Positions 11,116 to 19,708 of a stretch of DNA of 64,000 bases are shown piece after piece (within the stretch, counting starts at the first letter, position 1; each line of letters opens with the position of its first letter). A program made the position numbers and the translations under genes. Under the pieces are notes generated by a model that searched no databases, was not told where the DNA came from, and saw only the letters and a program-made list of their open reading frames with translations. Source of the stretch: an uncultured virus (IMG/VR IMGVR_UViG_3300010354_009789) (lineage: Duplodnaviria; Heunggongvirae; Uroviricota; Caudoviricetes); the IMG/VR virus record IMGVR_UViG_3300010354_009789; one strand, given 5' to 3'.

Positions 11116-12081
11116 CTACACCTTATTTAGCCACACCTCGATCATTTCATCAATCATACTATTGAAAGTATACTTTGGTTCCCATCCAAGAGTCTCACGA
11201 ATTTCATGAGAATCGCCGCGAAGATACTTAAGTTCTTCCGCTCTCATATAAATTGGATTCTGAACAACATGATCCTGATAATTGAGTCCCAAGGAAGTAA
11301 ACACATAATCACACAACTCTCTAACTGTTCTAGTTTCTCCAGTTGCAACAATCCAATCCCTAGGAATCTCATGATTCAGAAGGAGATGCATAGCACGAAC
11401 ATAATCATAAGAATGTCCCCAATCACGACTGGAATCCATATTCCCCATTTCCAGTTTATCACGAAGACCTTTCTTAATCTCAACGGCACCCTTTACAACT
11501 TTATGAGTTACAAAGTTTGTCCCCCTACGCGGAGATTCGTGATTAAACAGAATGCCATTACATGCATGAAGTTTATATGCATTCCGATAGTGACGTGTAA
11601 GATTATATCCCATCACCTTAGAACATCCATAAGGACTTACGGGATTCATCACAGTCGTCAATCGTTGGCATCCATCTTCATCAACTGAATTGCCGAACAT
11701 TTCAGATGAACTTGCCTGATAAAACTTTGCCTCTGGTACAACATTACGATATGCTTCAAGTATATTCAAAACACCAAGAGAATTTGTTTTGATCGTAAAG
11801 GATGGAACATCAAAACTAACTCGCACATGACTCATCGCAGCGAGATTATAGATCTCATCTGGTTGAACCTTTTTTATAACACTATACAAAGAATGCTCAT
11901 CTAAAAGATCACCATAATGCCTTGTTATATGCTGATCAATCTCTTGAAGGCGTGAACTTTGATTTTCTGCCACAGATTGACGACGAACAATACCGTGAAC
12001 TTCATATCCAAGATCCAAAAGATACTCAGCAAGATATGATCCATCTTGTCCGGTAATTCCAGTAATCAATGCTCTTTTCAC
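11116..12081 (-). CDS. gmd: GDP-mannose 4,6-dehydratase
   Basis: ALITGITGQDGSYLAE, SHVRVSF, YQASSSEMFG, ILFNHESPRRG. Confidence 0.97.
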   Translation of the reverse strand: MKRALITGITGQDGSYLAEYLLDLGYEVHGIVRRQSVAENQSSRLQEIDQHITRHYGDLLDEHSLYSVIKKVQPDEIYNLAAMSHVRVSFDVPSFTIKTNSLGVLNILEAYRNVVPEAKFYQASSSEMFGNSVDEDGCQRLTTVMNPVSPYGCSKVMGYNLTRHYRNAYKLHACNGILFNHESPRRGTNFVTHKVVKGAVEIKKGLRDKLEMGNMDSSRDWGHSYDYVRAMHLLLNHEIPRDWIVATGETRTVRELCDYVFTSLGLNYQDHVVQNPIYMRAEELKYLRGDSHEIRETLGWEPKYTFNSMIDEMIEVWLNKV

Positions 12082-12668
12082 TTAAATACCTCCATGTTTC
12101 TTAGATCTGGATAATCGGAAATGTCCCATCGTCTAGGTTCTGTTGCAATCGCTGCTGGCAATTTCTGCAAACCCAATTCGGCAGTTTCGGGGGTCATATA
12201 ATAATGATGTCCCATCATCTTAATATCCTGCTGTCTCCAGGGCGTTCCCCTCATTCTACCATCATATGAGAAAGGTTCCAAATATTGTCTTGTTTCTTCA
12301 TTATCCAAAAGAATCATACCACCCCTACCAAGACTCAGATGCTTCTGAAATTGGAAACTCAGGCACATATACGTGCCGGGAATGTAACTATTCCTTTGCC
12401 AAAGAACTGCAGCATCAATAATATTAGTATGCCCAAGGTAATAATAGTCTTTCCAATTGTCCTCACGCCATTCCCACTCAATTCCAAGTTTCATAGGGAG
12501 AAACGGAACTGAAATGTAAGTTCTGGGGGGAACAGTGACCTTACTATATCCCTCATACCTCAGACAAAGTTCCAAAGCATGAGTGCAAGAATCAACTGCT
12601 AGAGCATATGGAGCACCAAAAAATTCTGCAACTCTTTGCTCCAATTCTGTAACTGGATCAAAACTCAT
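12078..12668 (-). CDS. Short DegT/DnrJ/EryC1/StrS-family PLP aminotransferase
   Basis: AVDSCTHALEL, IIDAA, SFQFQKHLSLGRGGMI (catalytic Lys motif); only 196 aa. Confidence 0.8.
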   Translation of the reverse strand: MSFDPVTELEQRVAEFFGAPYALAVDSCTHALELCLRYEGYSKVTVPPRTYISVPFLPMKLGIEWEWREDNWKDYYYLGHTNIIDAAVLWQRNSYIPGTYMCLSFQFQKHLSLGRGGMILLDNEETRQYLEPFSYDGRMRGTPWRQQDIKMMGHHYYMTPETAELGLQKLPAAIATEPRRWDISDYPDLRNMEVFK

Positions 12669-13182
12669 AACCTAACTCCCGTGCATATTGAATCATTTGT
12701 ATACTTTTTCGTGATTTTATCGGTCTAGCTGGACTTCCGGCATAGATTGTCCAAGGTTCTGTATTTTCTTTAAGAAATGAATTTGCTCCCAGAACGGATC
12801 CCTCTCCCATAGTTACTCCAGACATAACAACAGAATTTGCACAAACTCCAGAGAATCTTCGCAAGTTTATTGGTTCTAAAATTTGACTATCTTTATACAT
12901 GTCTGGAATCATAGGACCAATCAAACCATCTCCCTGAAAAAGATCAGAACCACATATCATTCTTGCACCAGTTGATATGAAACAAAAACTCTCAATATTT
13001 AATGATGTCTTCTTTCCACCAATTACCGATACGTGTGGAGATATATGCACATAATCACCTATTCTTAGACCAGTAGTACATACAAATCCAAAATCAATTG
13101 CGACATGATTTCCAATTTCAACAAGTTCTGGTCTTGTGATATTTACATATTCATTTATGTATACATCTTCACCTAATTTCAT
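12658..13182 (-). CDS. Hexapeptide-repeat sugar O-acyltransferase
   Basis: Left-handed beta-helix repeats IGNHVAI, IGDYVHI, MGEGSVLGANS, YAGSPAR. Confidence 0.85.
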   Translation of the reverse strand: MKLGEDVYINEYVNITRPELVEIGNHVAIDFGFVCTTGLRIGDYVHISPHVSVIGGKKTSLNIESFCFISTGARMICGSDLFQGDGLIGPMIPDMYKDSQILEPINLRRFSGVCANSVVMSGVTMGEGSVLGANSFLKENTEPWTIYAGSPARPIKSRKSIQMIQYARELGYEF

Positions 13183-13594
13183 TTAAAAATACCTTGTCAA
13201 ACTCAATTCCTTGATATGGTCCTGTTTTGTATTCATATACAACAGTATCATCTTCCAGAATATCATATGTATGTCCACCCTCAAATGTCATGGAGCAATC
13301 TCCACGATTTAGAATGTGACTTTCAAGAAGTTGATCATCAAGATCATACATATGAACTCTTACAGATCCTTGGATCACTACCCAAGACTCTTGAGCGATC
13401 ACTTTATCAACCCCAGGAACAGTTTTCCAAATGTGTCTGTGAGGGCGAAATGTTTTTCCCGCATCCATTCTCAAAGTTGCTAATTGAAGAAACTCATTAT
13501 CAGGAGCGACATTAGTTCTTTCGGTAATTTCATCAAACCGATTAATTAAATGAAGAAGCCTATCTTCTTGTACTTTTGAATATACTAGATGCAC
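13169..13594 (-). CDS. WbuC-like cupin-fold protein
   Basis: PHRH, QESWVVIQG, GGHTY, EYKTGPY; GTG start at 13594 behind a GGAGG RBS. Confidence 0.7.
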   Translation of the reverse strand: MHLVYSKVQEDRLLHLINRFDEITERTNVAPDNEFLQLATLRMDAGKTFRPHRHIWKTVPGVDKVIAQESWVVIQGSVRVHMYDLDDQLLESHILNRGDCSMTFEGGHTYDILEDDTVVYEYKTGPYQGIEFDKVFLNEIR

Positions 13595-13598
13595 AAGA

Positions 13599-14387
13599 TT
13601 ACCTCCTAACTCCATAAAGAAGAACGTTCGGTGCGCCTGTTGGGCAACGATCATCCTCGACTACAATTTCAAAATCTTTAGATGCAACCTCAATAAATCT
13701 ATCAGAATTCATATTCCCATGCGTGAAATTGTTATATGCCATATAAAATCTATTGGCATTAACAATCACATCATTATAATAATGCATTTGAATCTCTTCA
13801 CTACACTCCGAAAACGCATAATTACTGACCACAAGATCAGCACCAACAATTTCTTCAAGTTCAAAGCAAGATAGTTGAGACACTCTTCCTTCAAGGTCAG
13901 AAAATTTTCCAAGGTATTTCCCTGAAAGTTGATTTACTTCCGGAAGATCAATCAGCACATAATTCTCAAAGTCAACGAAAGAACTCAACACTCTACAAAG
14001 TCCACCATACCCCCCGCCAATTTCAACAATATTCTCAATATCACTAACATCATCGCCAACAAAATCAAGAATATCCAAAGAGTTCTTTACATATCTCAAT
14101 GTAGATGGCGAAATCTCTCCAAATACATCATATGAAAAAAGTTCTGGATTGCCATAAAGATCATTCTGCTTAATGTTTTGGAGTTGTTCTTCAGTAATGA
14201 TTGTCGCATTCTTCATTTGATTAATGAAGATTTGTCCACCTTCTTGAGTAGTGTGCTCCAAAATCACACGATATGCTCTATCGCGTTTAAAATTATCAAA
14301 TTCTACATCATTCCTACAGAATCTTTTACATGAACTTAGATAATCTGTAATGTCCTGCTCTGGGACATTCCATTCACAATAACTCAT
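13599..14387 (-). CDS. Putative sugar O-methyltransferase
   Basis: IVEIGGGYGG, IDLPEV, VSNYAFSE; ATG overlaps upstream stop (TAATG). Confidence 0.8.
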   Translation of the reverse strand: MSYCEWNVPEQDITDYLSSCKRFCRNDVEFDNFKRDRAYRVILEHTTQEGGQIFINQMKNATIITEEQLQNIKQNDLYGNPELFSYDVFGEISPSTLRYVKNSLDILDFVGDDVSDIENIVEIGGGYGGLCRVLSSFVDFENYVLIDLPEVNQLSGKYLGKFSDLEGRVSQLSCFELEEIVGADLVVSNYAFSECSEEIQMHYYNDVIVNANRFYMAYNNFTHGNMNSDRFIEVASKDFEIVVEDDRCPTGAPNVLLYGVRR

Positions 14388-15241
14388 TAAATTCTCTCCC
14401 ACTCAGTTGGTATTAAATCTTTAGTGTCCTTATCTGCATACGCAGGACCAAACCACATTTTTGGTGCAATAACTTTCTTATTTGGATTAGAGATCAACCA
14501 TGCTCCCCACCAACTCATACTGCTATTAGCAATTATAGCATGATCACACAAAGACATCAAGCACAGATCCACATAAGGAACCAAAGCACCGTCTTCATAA
14601 ACATGCTCAGGTTCTGAGAAGAAGAATCTATCGGGAGCAAAGAATTCCTGCTCTTTGCACCAATCAATTGCATCAGAAAATACGATAATTGGCATGTCTT
14701 CAGGAAATCTACTTAATGCTTCCTCATAATATTCAAGCGGTTGAACAGGATGCTGATCTTGAATATTAACATATGCCCATTTAAATCCCCGCTTATCAGC
14801 AAGGTTGGGATCTCCCCGACGAACATGAAGGAAGGCAACCTCTTGCCCCTCAAACTCACTCATAAATTCCTTACATGGTTCCAACCATTCACTCCGGAAA
14901 ACAAAGTCCTTACGAAGATCTTCTTCAACATGCTTGAAGTATTTTTCAGATTGAAAGAAACCATTGATATTTACATCATCTGGACAATTATCAAACAATT
15001 CCTGATCGAAATGATAATACCTTTCTTGAACAGCATTTTGATTTCTCAACCATGCAACATTTCTATTTGTGGTAAGTTCAAATGCCTCAAGTAGACCATA
15101 ATTATCAATCTGAAGATTTGGGTCGTATGATGGAATCGTATAATCAAATCCGCGATGTGCTGCAATTCCTTTCAGAGCAGCGTATTGAAACATTTGATTT
15201 CCCAAACGTCCCATTCGCCCAATATTATTAAATCCAAGCAT
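14387..15241 (-). CDS. Alpha-1,2-fucosyltransferase (GT11), second copy
   Basis: GRLGNQMFQYA, LHVRRGD, NSSMSWWGAW. Confidence 0.9.
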   Translation of the reverse strand: MLGFNNIGRMGRLGNQMFQYAALKGIAAHRGFDYTIPSYDPNLQIDNYGLLEAFELTTNRNVAWLRNQNAVQERYYHFDQELFDNCPDDVNINGFFQSEKYFKHVEEDLRKDFVFRSEWLEPCKEFMSEFEGQEVAFLHVRRGDPNLADKRGFKWAYVNIQDQHPVQPLEYYEEALSRFPEDMPIIVFSDAIDWCKEQEFFAPDRFFFSEPEHVYEDGALVPYVDLCLMSLCDHAIIANSSMSWWGAWLISNPNKKVIAPKMWFGPAYADKDTKDLIPTEWERI

Positions 15242-16079
15242 GTTTCATTTCCTCAAAGACTTTTGCAATGCCCTTATCAATTGAAGTTTTTGGCAACCAC
15301 CAACCAGTTATATAAGTGTCTGCCTCATTCCTCTTGTCCATTTGAACACTATCTTTAGCGATTCCAGGTTTGATCTTAACATCATAGTATCCAATCAAAT
15401 TGAATTGCCCCTGAATAAGTTCAGCAATTTCTTTGATGGAGGTAGATCTGAATGATGTGATGTGAAGAGGGTCTTCCGGTTTAAAGTCAGTATAATTTTC
15501 CATGATTGTTTCTAGACCTTCGCAACAATCCTCAGCATATAAAAACTGACGTTCCTCTGTTCCATCGGTCATCATTTCAAACTGACGCTCCTCAAATCCC
15601 CTACGGATGAAATCGGTAATTACATGAGATTTTTCGAGATCCTTTTCAATACCATATACATTCCAAAACTTAACAGTCAGACCCTTAAGATTAGTTGTAT
15701 AAAGTTCACCAACTCTCTTCATGACTCCATATGGAGAGTAACTCATATTACTCATCTGAGATGAAGCGAATACAAACCTTTTCTTATATTTTTCAAGAAG
15801 TCCAAATACATTTGCCATCATACGAGTGTTATTGTCGATGAATTGAAATGTATGCTGATACTTCTTCAAATATCGAGAACCGCCAACGTCAAATGCCAGA
15901 AAGAATACGAAATCAGAATTCATAATCCTCTCTTCCAAAAGAGGATTTGGAATCATCCTAAGGTCCTCATGGGGATTGTTTACAAGATCAAACTCATAAA
16001 CATAATGCCCCTTTTTACGCAGATACTCAACAAGATATGCACCAATCTGCCCAGCAGATCCTAATACAGTAATTTTCAT
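15228..16079 (-). CDS. NAD-dependent epimerase/dehydratase
   Basis: MKITVLGSAGQIG, YGVMK, FWNVYG; start trimmed to ATG 16079. Confidence 0.85.
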   Translation of the reverse strand: MKITVLGSAGQIGAYLVEYLRKKGHYVYEFDLVNNPHEDLRMIPNPLLEERIMNSDFVFFLAFDVGGSRYLKKYQHTFQFIDNNTRMMANVFGLLEKYKKRFVFASSQMSNMSYSPYGVMKRVGELYTTNLKGLTVKFWNVYGIEKDLEKSHVITDFIRRGFEERQFEMMTDGTEERQFLYAEDCCEGLETIMENYTDFKPEDPLHITSFRSTSIKEIAELIQGQFNLIGYYDVKIKPGIAKDSVQMDKRNEADTYITGWWLPKTSIDKGIAKVFEEMKHAWI

Positions 16080-16080
16080 A

Positions 16081-17136
16081 TCAACCCAAAACTTTTTTAG
16101 TTTGCTCAGAAATCCAATTATAAGTTCTACGAATTCCCTCTTCCAGTGTCTGAGAGTAATCCCATCCCAGTTTCTCACGAATTAGATCGTTGTTGGAATT
16201 CCTACCACGAACTCCAAGAGGTGCGTTAAGTATATGCATTTTACTTACCACCTTTCCAGAAACTCTTGCGGCAATATCGACCAATTGGTTAATTGTCACC
16301 ATCTCTTCGGATCCGATATTCACTGGACCAATGAAATCAGAATCAACCAGTCTACGAGTTGCCTCTACGCACTCATCAACATATAGGAATGAACGAGTCT
16401 GCTCACCATCCCCCCAGACCTCAATAGCGCCGCCACAGTCGGGCAGATAGGCAACCTTCCTACAGATGGCAGCAGGTGCCTTCTCGCGCCCCCCTCGCCA
16501 GGTCCCCTCTGGACCAAAGATGTTGTGATATCGGGCAACACGCACAGGAATGCCGTGATTTCTATGATAAGCGAAATACATACGCTCGGAGAATAGTTTT
16601 TCCCATCCATACTCAGAATCAGGTGCAGCAGGATACGCAGTCTCTTCTCTACAATCCGGATTCGCAGGATCTAATTGATTATGCTCGGGATAAGCACATG
16701 CAGAGGAAGAATAGAAAACTTTGGTCTTGTTTACGTCTTTATGAGAATTCAAGTCACGAACACACTCAAGAACGTTTAGATTGATTGAGCAAGAATTATG
16801 CATAATTTCAGCATCGTTTTCGCCACTAAATACAAATCCAGCGCCACCCATATCGGCAGCAAACTGATAAATTTCATCAAAAGTATCAACATATTTTCCA
16901 GGAACAAAGTTATAAAAATTTCCCAGATATCCCTTAAACTGAACACACTTCTCAACAAATGAAACATCACGCAGATCCCCACGGATAAATTCATTTGCCT
17001 CAGATTTAGAGAATTCTGGATACTTAATATCAACACCGCGAACCCAATATCCTTCAGATCGCAGTCTCTTTACCATGTGACTTCCAATAAAACCACCAGC
17101 ACCAAGAACAAGTGCCGTCTTCCTATACTCACTCAT
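16081..17136 (-). CDS. GDP-mannose 3,5-epimerase-like NAD-dependent epimerase (WcaG family)
   Basis: GAGGFIGSH, FAADMGGAGF, SSSACAYP, YGWEK, GGREKAPAAICRK, GVRGRNSNN. Confidence 0.9.
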   Translation of the reverse strand: MSEYRKTALVLGAGGFIGSHMVKRLRSEGYWVRGVDIKYPEFSKSEANEFIRGDLRDVSFVEKCVQFKGYLGNFYNFVPGKYVDTFDEIYQFAADMGGAGFVFSGENDAEIMHNSCSINLNVLECVRDLNSHKDVNKTKVFYSSSACAYPEHNQLDPANPDCREETAYPAAPDSEYGWEKLFSERMYFAYHRNHGIPVRVARYHNIFGPEGTWRGGREKAPAAICRKVAYLPDCGGAIEVWGDGEQTRSFLYVDECVEATRRLVDSDFIGPVNIGSEEMVTINQLVDIAARVSGKVVSKMHILNAPLGVRGRNSNNDLIREKLGWDYSQTLEEGIRRTYNWISEQTKKVLG

Positions 17137-17162
17137 AGAAACCATAGTGTCTGATCATATTT

Positions 17163-17191
17163 AGTATACAAAAAAAGGAGGCATTTGTCAA
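17163..17191 (-). promoter_or_regulatory. Sigma70-type promoter overlapping a terminator hairpin and a late-promoter-like ACTAAATA
   Basis: TTGACA-17-TATACT on the minus strand; AAGGAGG/CCTCCTT stem plus T-run in the same bases. Confidence 0.7.
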
Positions 17192-17211
17192 CCTCCTTCT
17201 AATCTGGTTTT

Positions 17212-17323
17212 TAGTCGCGCCCCGCCACCACCAATTTTTTGACTGGTAATTGGAAACCAGGCAGGAGAGAGATCCCATCCGCACCAACAGGCATATTTAA
17301 TGTCCCTTATCCTGTGGGGACCG
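17212..17323 (-). ncRNA. wcaG/manA-like cyanophage structured RNA
   Basis: Two UGGYG elements (TGGTGCGG, TGGTGGCGG); pseudoknots CTGGT/ACCAG with CCAATT/AATTGG and GTCCC/GGGAC with ACAGG/CCTGT; directly upstream of a WcaG-family epimerase. Confidence 0.7.
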
Positions 17324-17333
17324 AGCAAGAAAC

Positions 17334-17543
17334 CTATTTCGTTGGACCTGAAACAAAGTTGTTGATAATTTCTGCTTTTGCCAGCACTTCGCTCAAAGAA
17401 GGAAATTGTGGATAATCCATCTTAACAGTGTTTTTTGGATCTTCATTCCAACAACGGGCAGTATCATATTCAATACTAAATTCATCATTTAACATATCAT
17501 ATGTCTGCTTGAAAATTTCAAATCTCAATTGATACGGTGTCAT
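17334..17543 (-). CDS. Hypothetical protein
   Basis: GGAG RBS, MTPYQLRFEIFKQ..., resembles conserved cyanophage small ORFs (recall). Confidence 0.7.
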   Translation of the reverse strand: MTPYQLRFEIFKQTYDMLNDEFSIEYDTARCWNEDPKNTVKMDYPQFPSLSEVLAKAEIINNFVSGPTK

Positions 17544-17598
17544 TTATTCACTCCTGTGTGTTGTGTGTATTAAGGGTCATTTGACTCCACCAGTGCTG

Positions 17599-18054
17599 TT
17601 ATAGTCCGTCCGTGACTTTATTTTCATAGTCAAATCCAAGTTTTTTAAGTGGATTGACTACTGCTTCATGAAGACCATCTAAAATATATCGTTCCCATCT
17701 ATAATCATTATGATTCGAATCAATTGTTAATGGATGTAGTCCATCATATTTCATATGAACTGTAATATTAATCGTATGATACCCGACATCATGAAAGATA
17801 CTTTCTTCTAGGGAAGTAAATCCAACTAACTTCAAATCAACTCCCAACTCCTCTAAAGATTTTCTATGGGCAGCTGCGATCCAAGACTCGTTTTTATGTA
17901 TTCTCCCTCCAGGAATCCACCACATGCCCTTTGCAGGTTCTTCTTTTCTATGAACAAGTAAATACTCACCATTTGGATTTGTCACCACCAAATCCACGCA
18001 GGTGGTTGGCATCACCTCTCTGATTTTTAAATAAAGATCCCGATCGATAAACAT
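17599..18054 (-). CDS. NUDIX hydrolase, GDP-mannose mannosyl hydrolase-like
   Basis: CVDLVV, EEPAKGMWWIPGGRIHKNE...RKSLEELG modified Nudix box. Confidence 0.85.
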   Translation of the reverse strand: MFIDRDLYLKIREVMPTTCVDLVVTNPNGEYLLVHRKEEPAKGMWWIPGGRIHKNESWIAAAHRKSLEELGVDLKLVGFTSLEESIFHDVGYHTINITVHMKYDGLHPLTIDSNHNDYRWERYILDGLHEAVVNPLKKLGFDYENKVTDGL

Positions 18055-18055
18055 T

Positions 18056-18295
18056 TTAGGGTCCTAATAAATCATAAAGTTTGCCCAATTCAATTGCGGT
18101 GAAAAACCCACACAAAGCCAAAGCATCCCACATTTTAAGATAATAGAGAGATGGTAAAACCAAAAGTCCACCAATAAGTTTAACACATAAACCAAAGGTG
18201 ATGTCTCCCCATAAAAGAATAACATATCCAATGATTAAGAATAGATTTCCTACATAACGCCAAAATGTTGGACGATGCAGTATTAAGTTTTTCAT
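18056..18295 (-). CDS. Small membrane protein
   Basis: Three hydrophobic segments; operon spacing. Confidence 0.65.
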   Translation of the reverse strand: MKNLILHRPTFWRYVGNLFLIIGYVILLWGDITFGLCVKLIGGLLVLPSLYYLKMWDALALCGFFTAIELGKLYDLLGP

Positions 18296-18309
18296 GACAT
18301 TCTTGAGAT

Positions 18310-18543
18310 TCAGTCGTCTTTTACATAACAGGGAACCCTATCTGGATCCAACCAACGAGCATACTGATCATCTTCCATTGCGGTAAGACATTGAAGTTGA
18401 TTATCAAAAAGGTAAATGTCTCTCCAACGCTTCGTATAATAATCCTGCTTTTGCATACGATAATCAGGTTTACCGTTGATTTCTAGGATGCCACATTCAA
18501 CGAATCTGTATCCATCACGCTCAAGAAGAACTTTTGGTTTCAT
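18310..18543 (-). CDS. Hypothetical protein
   Basis: ORF coupled to upstream gene by ATGA overlap. Confidence 0.7.
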   Translation of the reverse strand: MKPKVLLERDGYRFVECGILEINGKPDYRMQKQDYYTKRWRDIYLFDNQLQCLTAMEDDQYARWLDPDRVPCYVKDD

Positions 18544-18755
18544 GCGACTTCCAGAGATTCAAGGTCCTGATAAACATATTCCATGAGCATTTCATAGTCA
18601 TCCAAAGGATCACCAGAAAAAACTACACCTTCATTTTCATAATAACGACGGACCTTTTTATAAAGTTTTGGATTCTTTACATCAAGATAAAAGTCACCGT
18701 TTGCAGCACCTCGAAGGGTTTGCAGGTCTTTCTTGAATTTAGAAACGATGGTCAT
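18540..18755 (-). CDS. Hypothetical protein
   Basis: ORF directly downstream of promoter 18779..18807. Confidence 0.75.
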   Translation of the reverse strand: MTIVSKFKKDLQTLRGAANGDFYLDVKNPKLYKKVRRYYENEGVVFSGDPLDDYEMLMEYVYQDLESLEVA

Positions 18756-18778
18756 GTCTAATAATTGATTACCTTTTT

Positions 18779-18807
18779 ATTATAGGTGCTTGACTGAATG
18801 AAGTCAA
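18779..18807 (-). promoter_or_regulatory. Sigma70-type promoter with upstream palindrome
   Basis: TTGACT-17-TATAAT; GACAGTT-N4-ATCTGTC at 18816..18833. Confidence 0.8.
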
Positions 18808-18836
18808 GTGTGTGGGACAGTTTGTGATCTGTCCTA

Positions 18837-18909
18837 TACCCGTGGTCGGATTCGAACCGACCCTGAAAAGATTTTAAGTCTTCTGCCTCTTCCGCTGGGC
18901 TACACGGGC
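18837..18909 (-). tRNA. tRNA-Leu(TAA), short variable arm
   Basis: Cloverleaf GCCCGTG...GAAGA CT TAA AA TCTTT...GGTTCGAATCC. Confidence 0.9.
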
Positions 18910-18915
18910 ATTAGG

Positions 18916-18988
18916 TGCTCCTTGAGGGGATCGAACCCACCTTAGCCGAATTATGAGTTCGGTGCATTCGCCAGATTGCTAAAGGAGC
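18916..18988 (-). tRNA. tRNA-Met/Ile2(CAT)
   Basis: GCTCCTT acceptor, CCGAA CT CAT AA TTCGG. Confidence 0.9.
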
Positions 18989-19073
18989 AGCACCACTACG
19001 GCATTCTGGTTTATCTTTCCAGCGCAAATAGTGGGTTGGCGTCTTTCTATGCTATCTGCATAACGACTACCAA

Positions 19074-19145
19074 TAGGGATGCCTGGACTTGAACCAGGAT
19101 GACTCCGTTATAAGCAGAGCGCATTTACCTTTATGCGACACCCCC
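19074..19145 (-). tRNA. tRNA-Ile(TAT)
   Basis: CTCTG CT TAT AA CGGAG; T-loop GGTTCAAGTCC. Confidence 0.88.
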
Positions 19146-19154
19146 ATAAATGCA

Positions 19155-19328
19155 CTATTGTGCATCAGTATTGTCTACCGTATGTATTCGCATAAATTCA
19201 TCCGTTACTGGCACCATTACTGCCGTTTTGCCAGTATCATCAAGGATTCCAATAGACTCTCCTGTTTCAACTCGATCCATCATTTCATCCCAACGTTCAA
19301 GGAATTCGTCAACAGAATAGGTTTTCAT
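19155..19328 (-). CDS. 57-aa Phd/YefM antitoxin-like protein
   Basis: Manual translation MKTYSVDEFLERWDEMMDRVETGESIGILDDTGKTAVMVPV...; below ORF-track cutoff. Confidence 0.6.
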   Translation of the reverse strand: MKTYSVDEFLERWDEMMDRVETGESIGILDDTGKTAVMVPVTDEFMRIHTVDNTDAQ

Positions 19329-19349
19329 TTAAAAAGATAAAGAGTTAAG

Positions 19350-19426
19350 TGGTCGGAATGATAGGATTCGAACCTACGGCCCCTGCTTCCCAAAAGCAGT
19401 GCTCTACCAAACTGAGCTACATTCCG
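19350..19426 (-). tRNA. tRNA-Pro(TGG)
   Basis: CGGAATG acceptor, CTGCT TT TGG GA AGCAG, encoded CCA. Confidence 0.95.
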
Positions 19427-19440
19427 TTATTCACATCATA

Positions 19441-19695
19441 CTACTTCTTGTTTTTCTTGTCAAGTTCCTTCTGTCTGCGATTCAGTTCTTGCTTGACTGC
19501 TTTGCCGCCACTGCGATCTACCACAAGTTTTTTAACTTCCTTTTTAGTTGGTTTCTCACCAACAGGTGCAGTAGCAGACTGAAGAGTGTAACGCTGCACT
19601 CCATCCACTTCACTATAAGTTCCAGGAACTGCATGTGGAGGAACGCCAGGTTTTTTTCCCTCACAGATCTCATAAAACTCTCTGAAAGTAAGCAT
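19441..19695 (-). CDS. Basic hypothetical protein with capsid-targeting-like N-terminus
   Basis: MLTFREFYE start; ATAAATA late-promoter-like element upstream. Confidence 0.65.
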   Translation of the reverse strand: MLTFREFYEICEGKKPGVPPHAVPGTYSEVDGVQRYTLQSATAPVGEKPTKKEVKKLVVDRSGGKAVKQELNRRQKELDKKNKK

Positions 19696-19708
19696 CTCTG
19701 TTCTCTGG

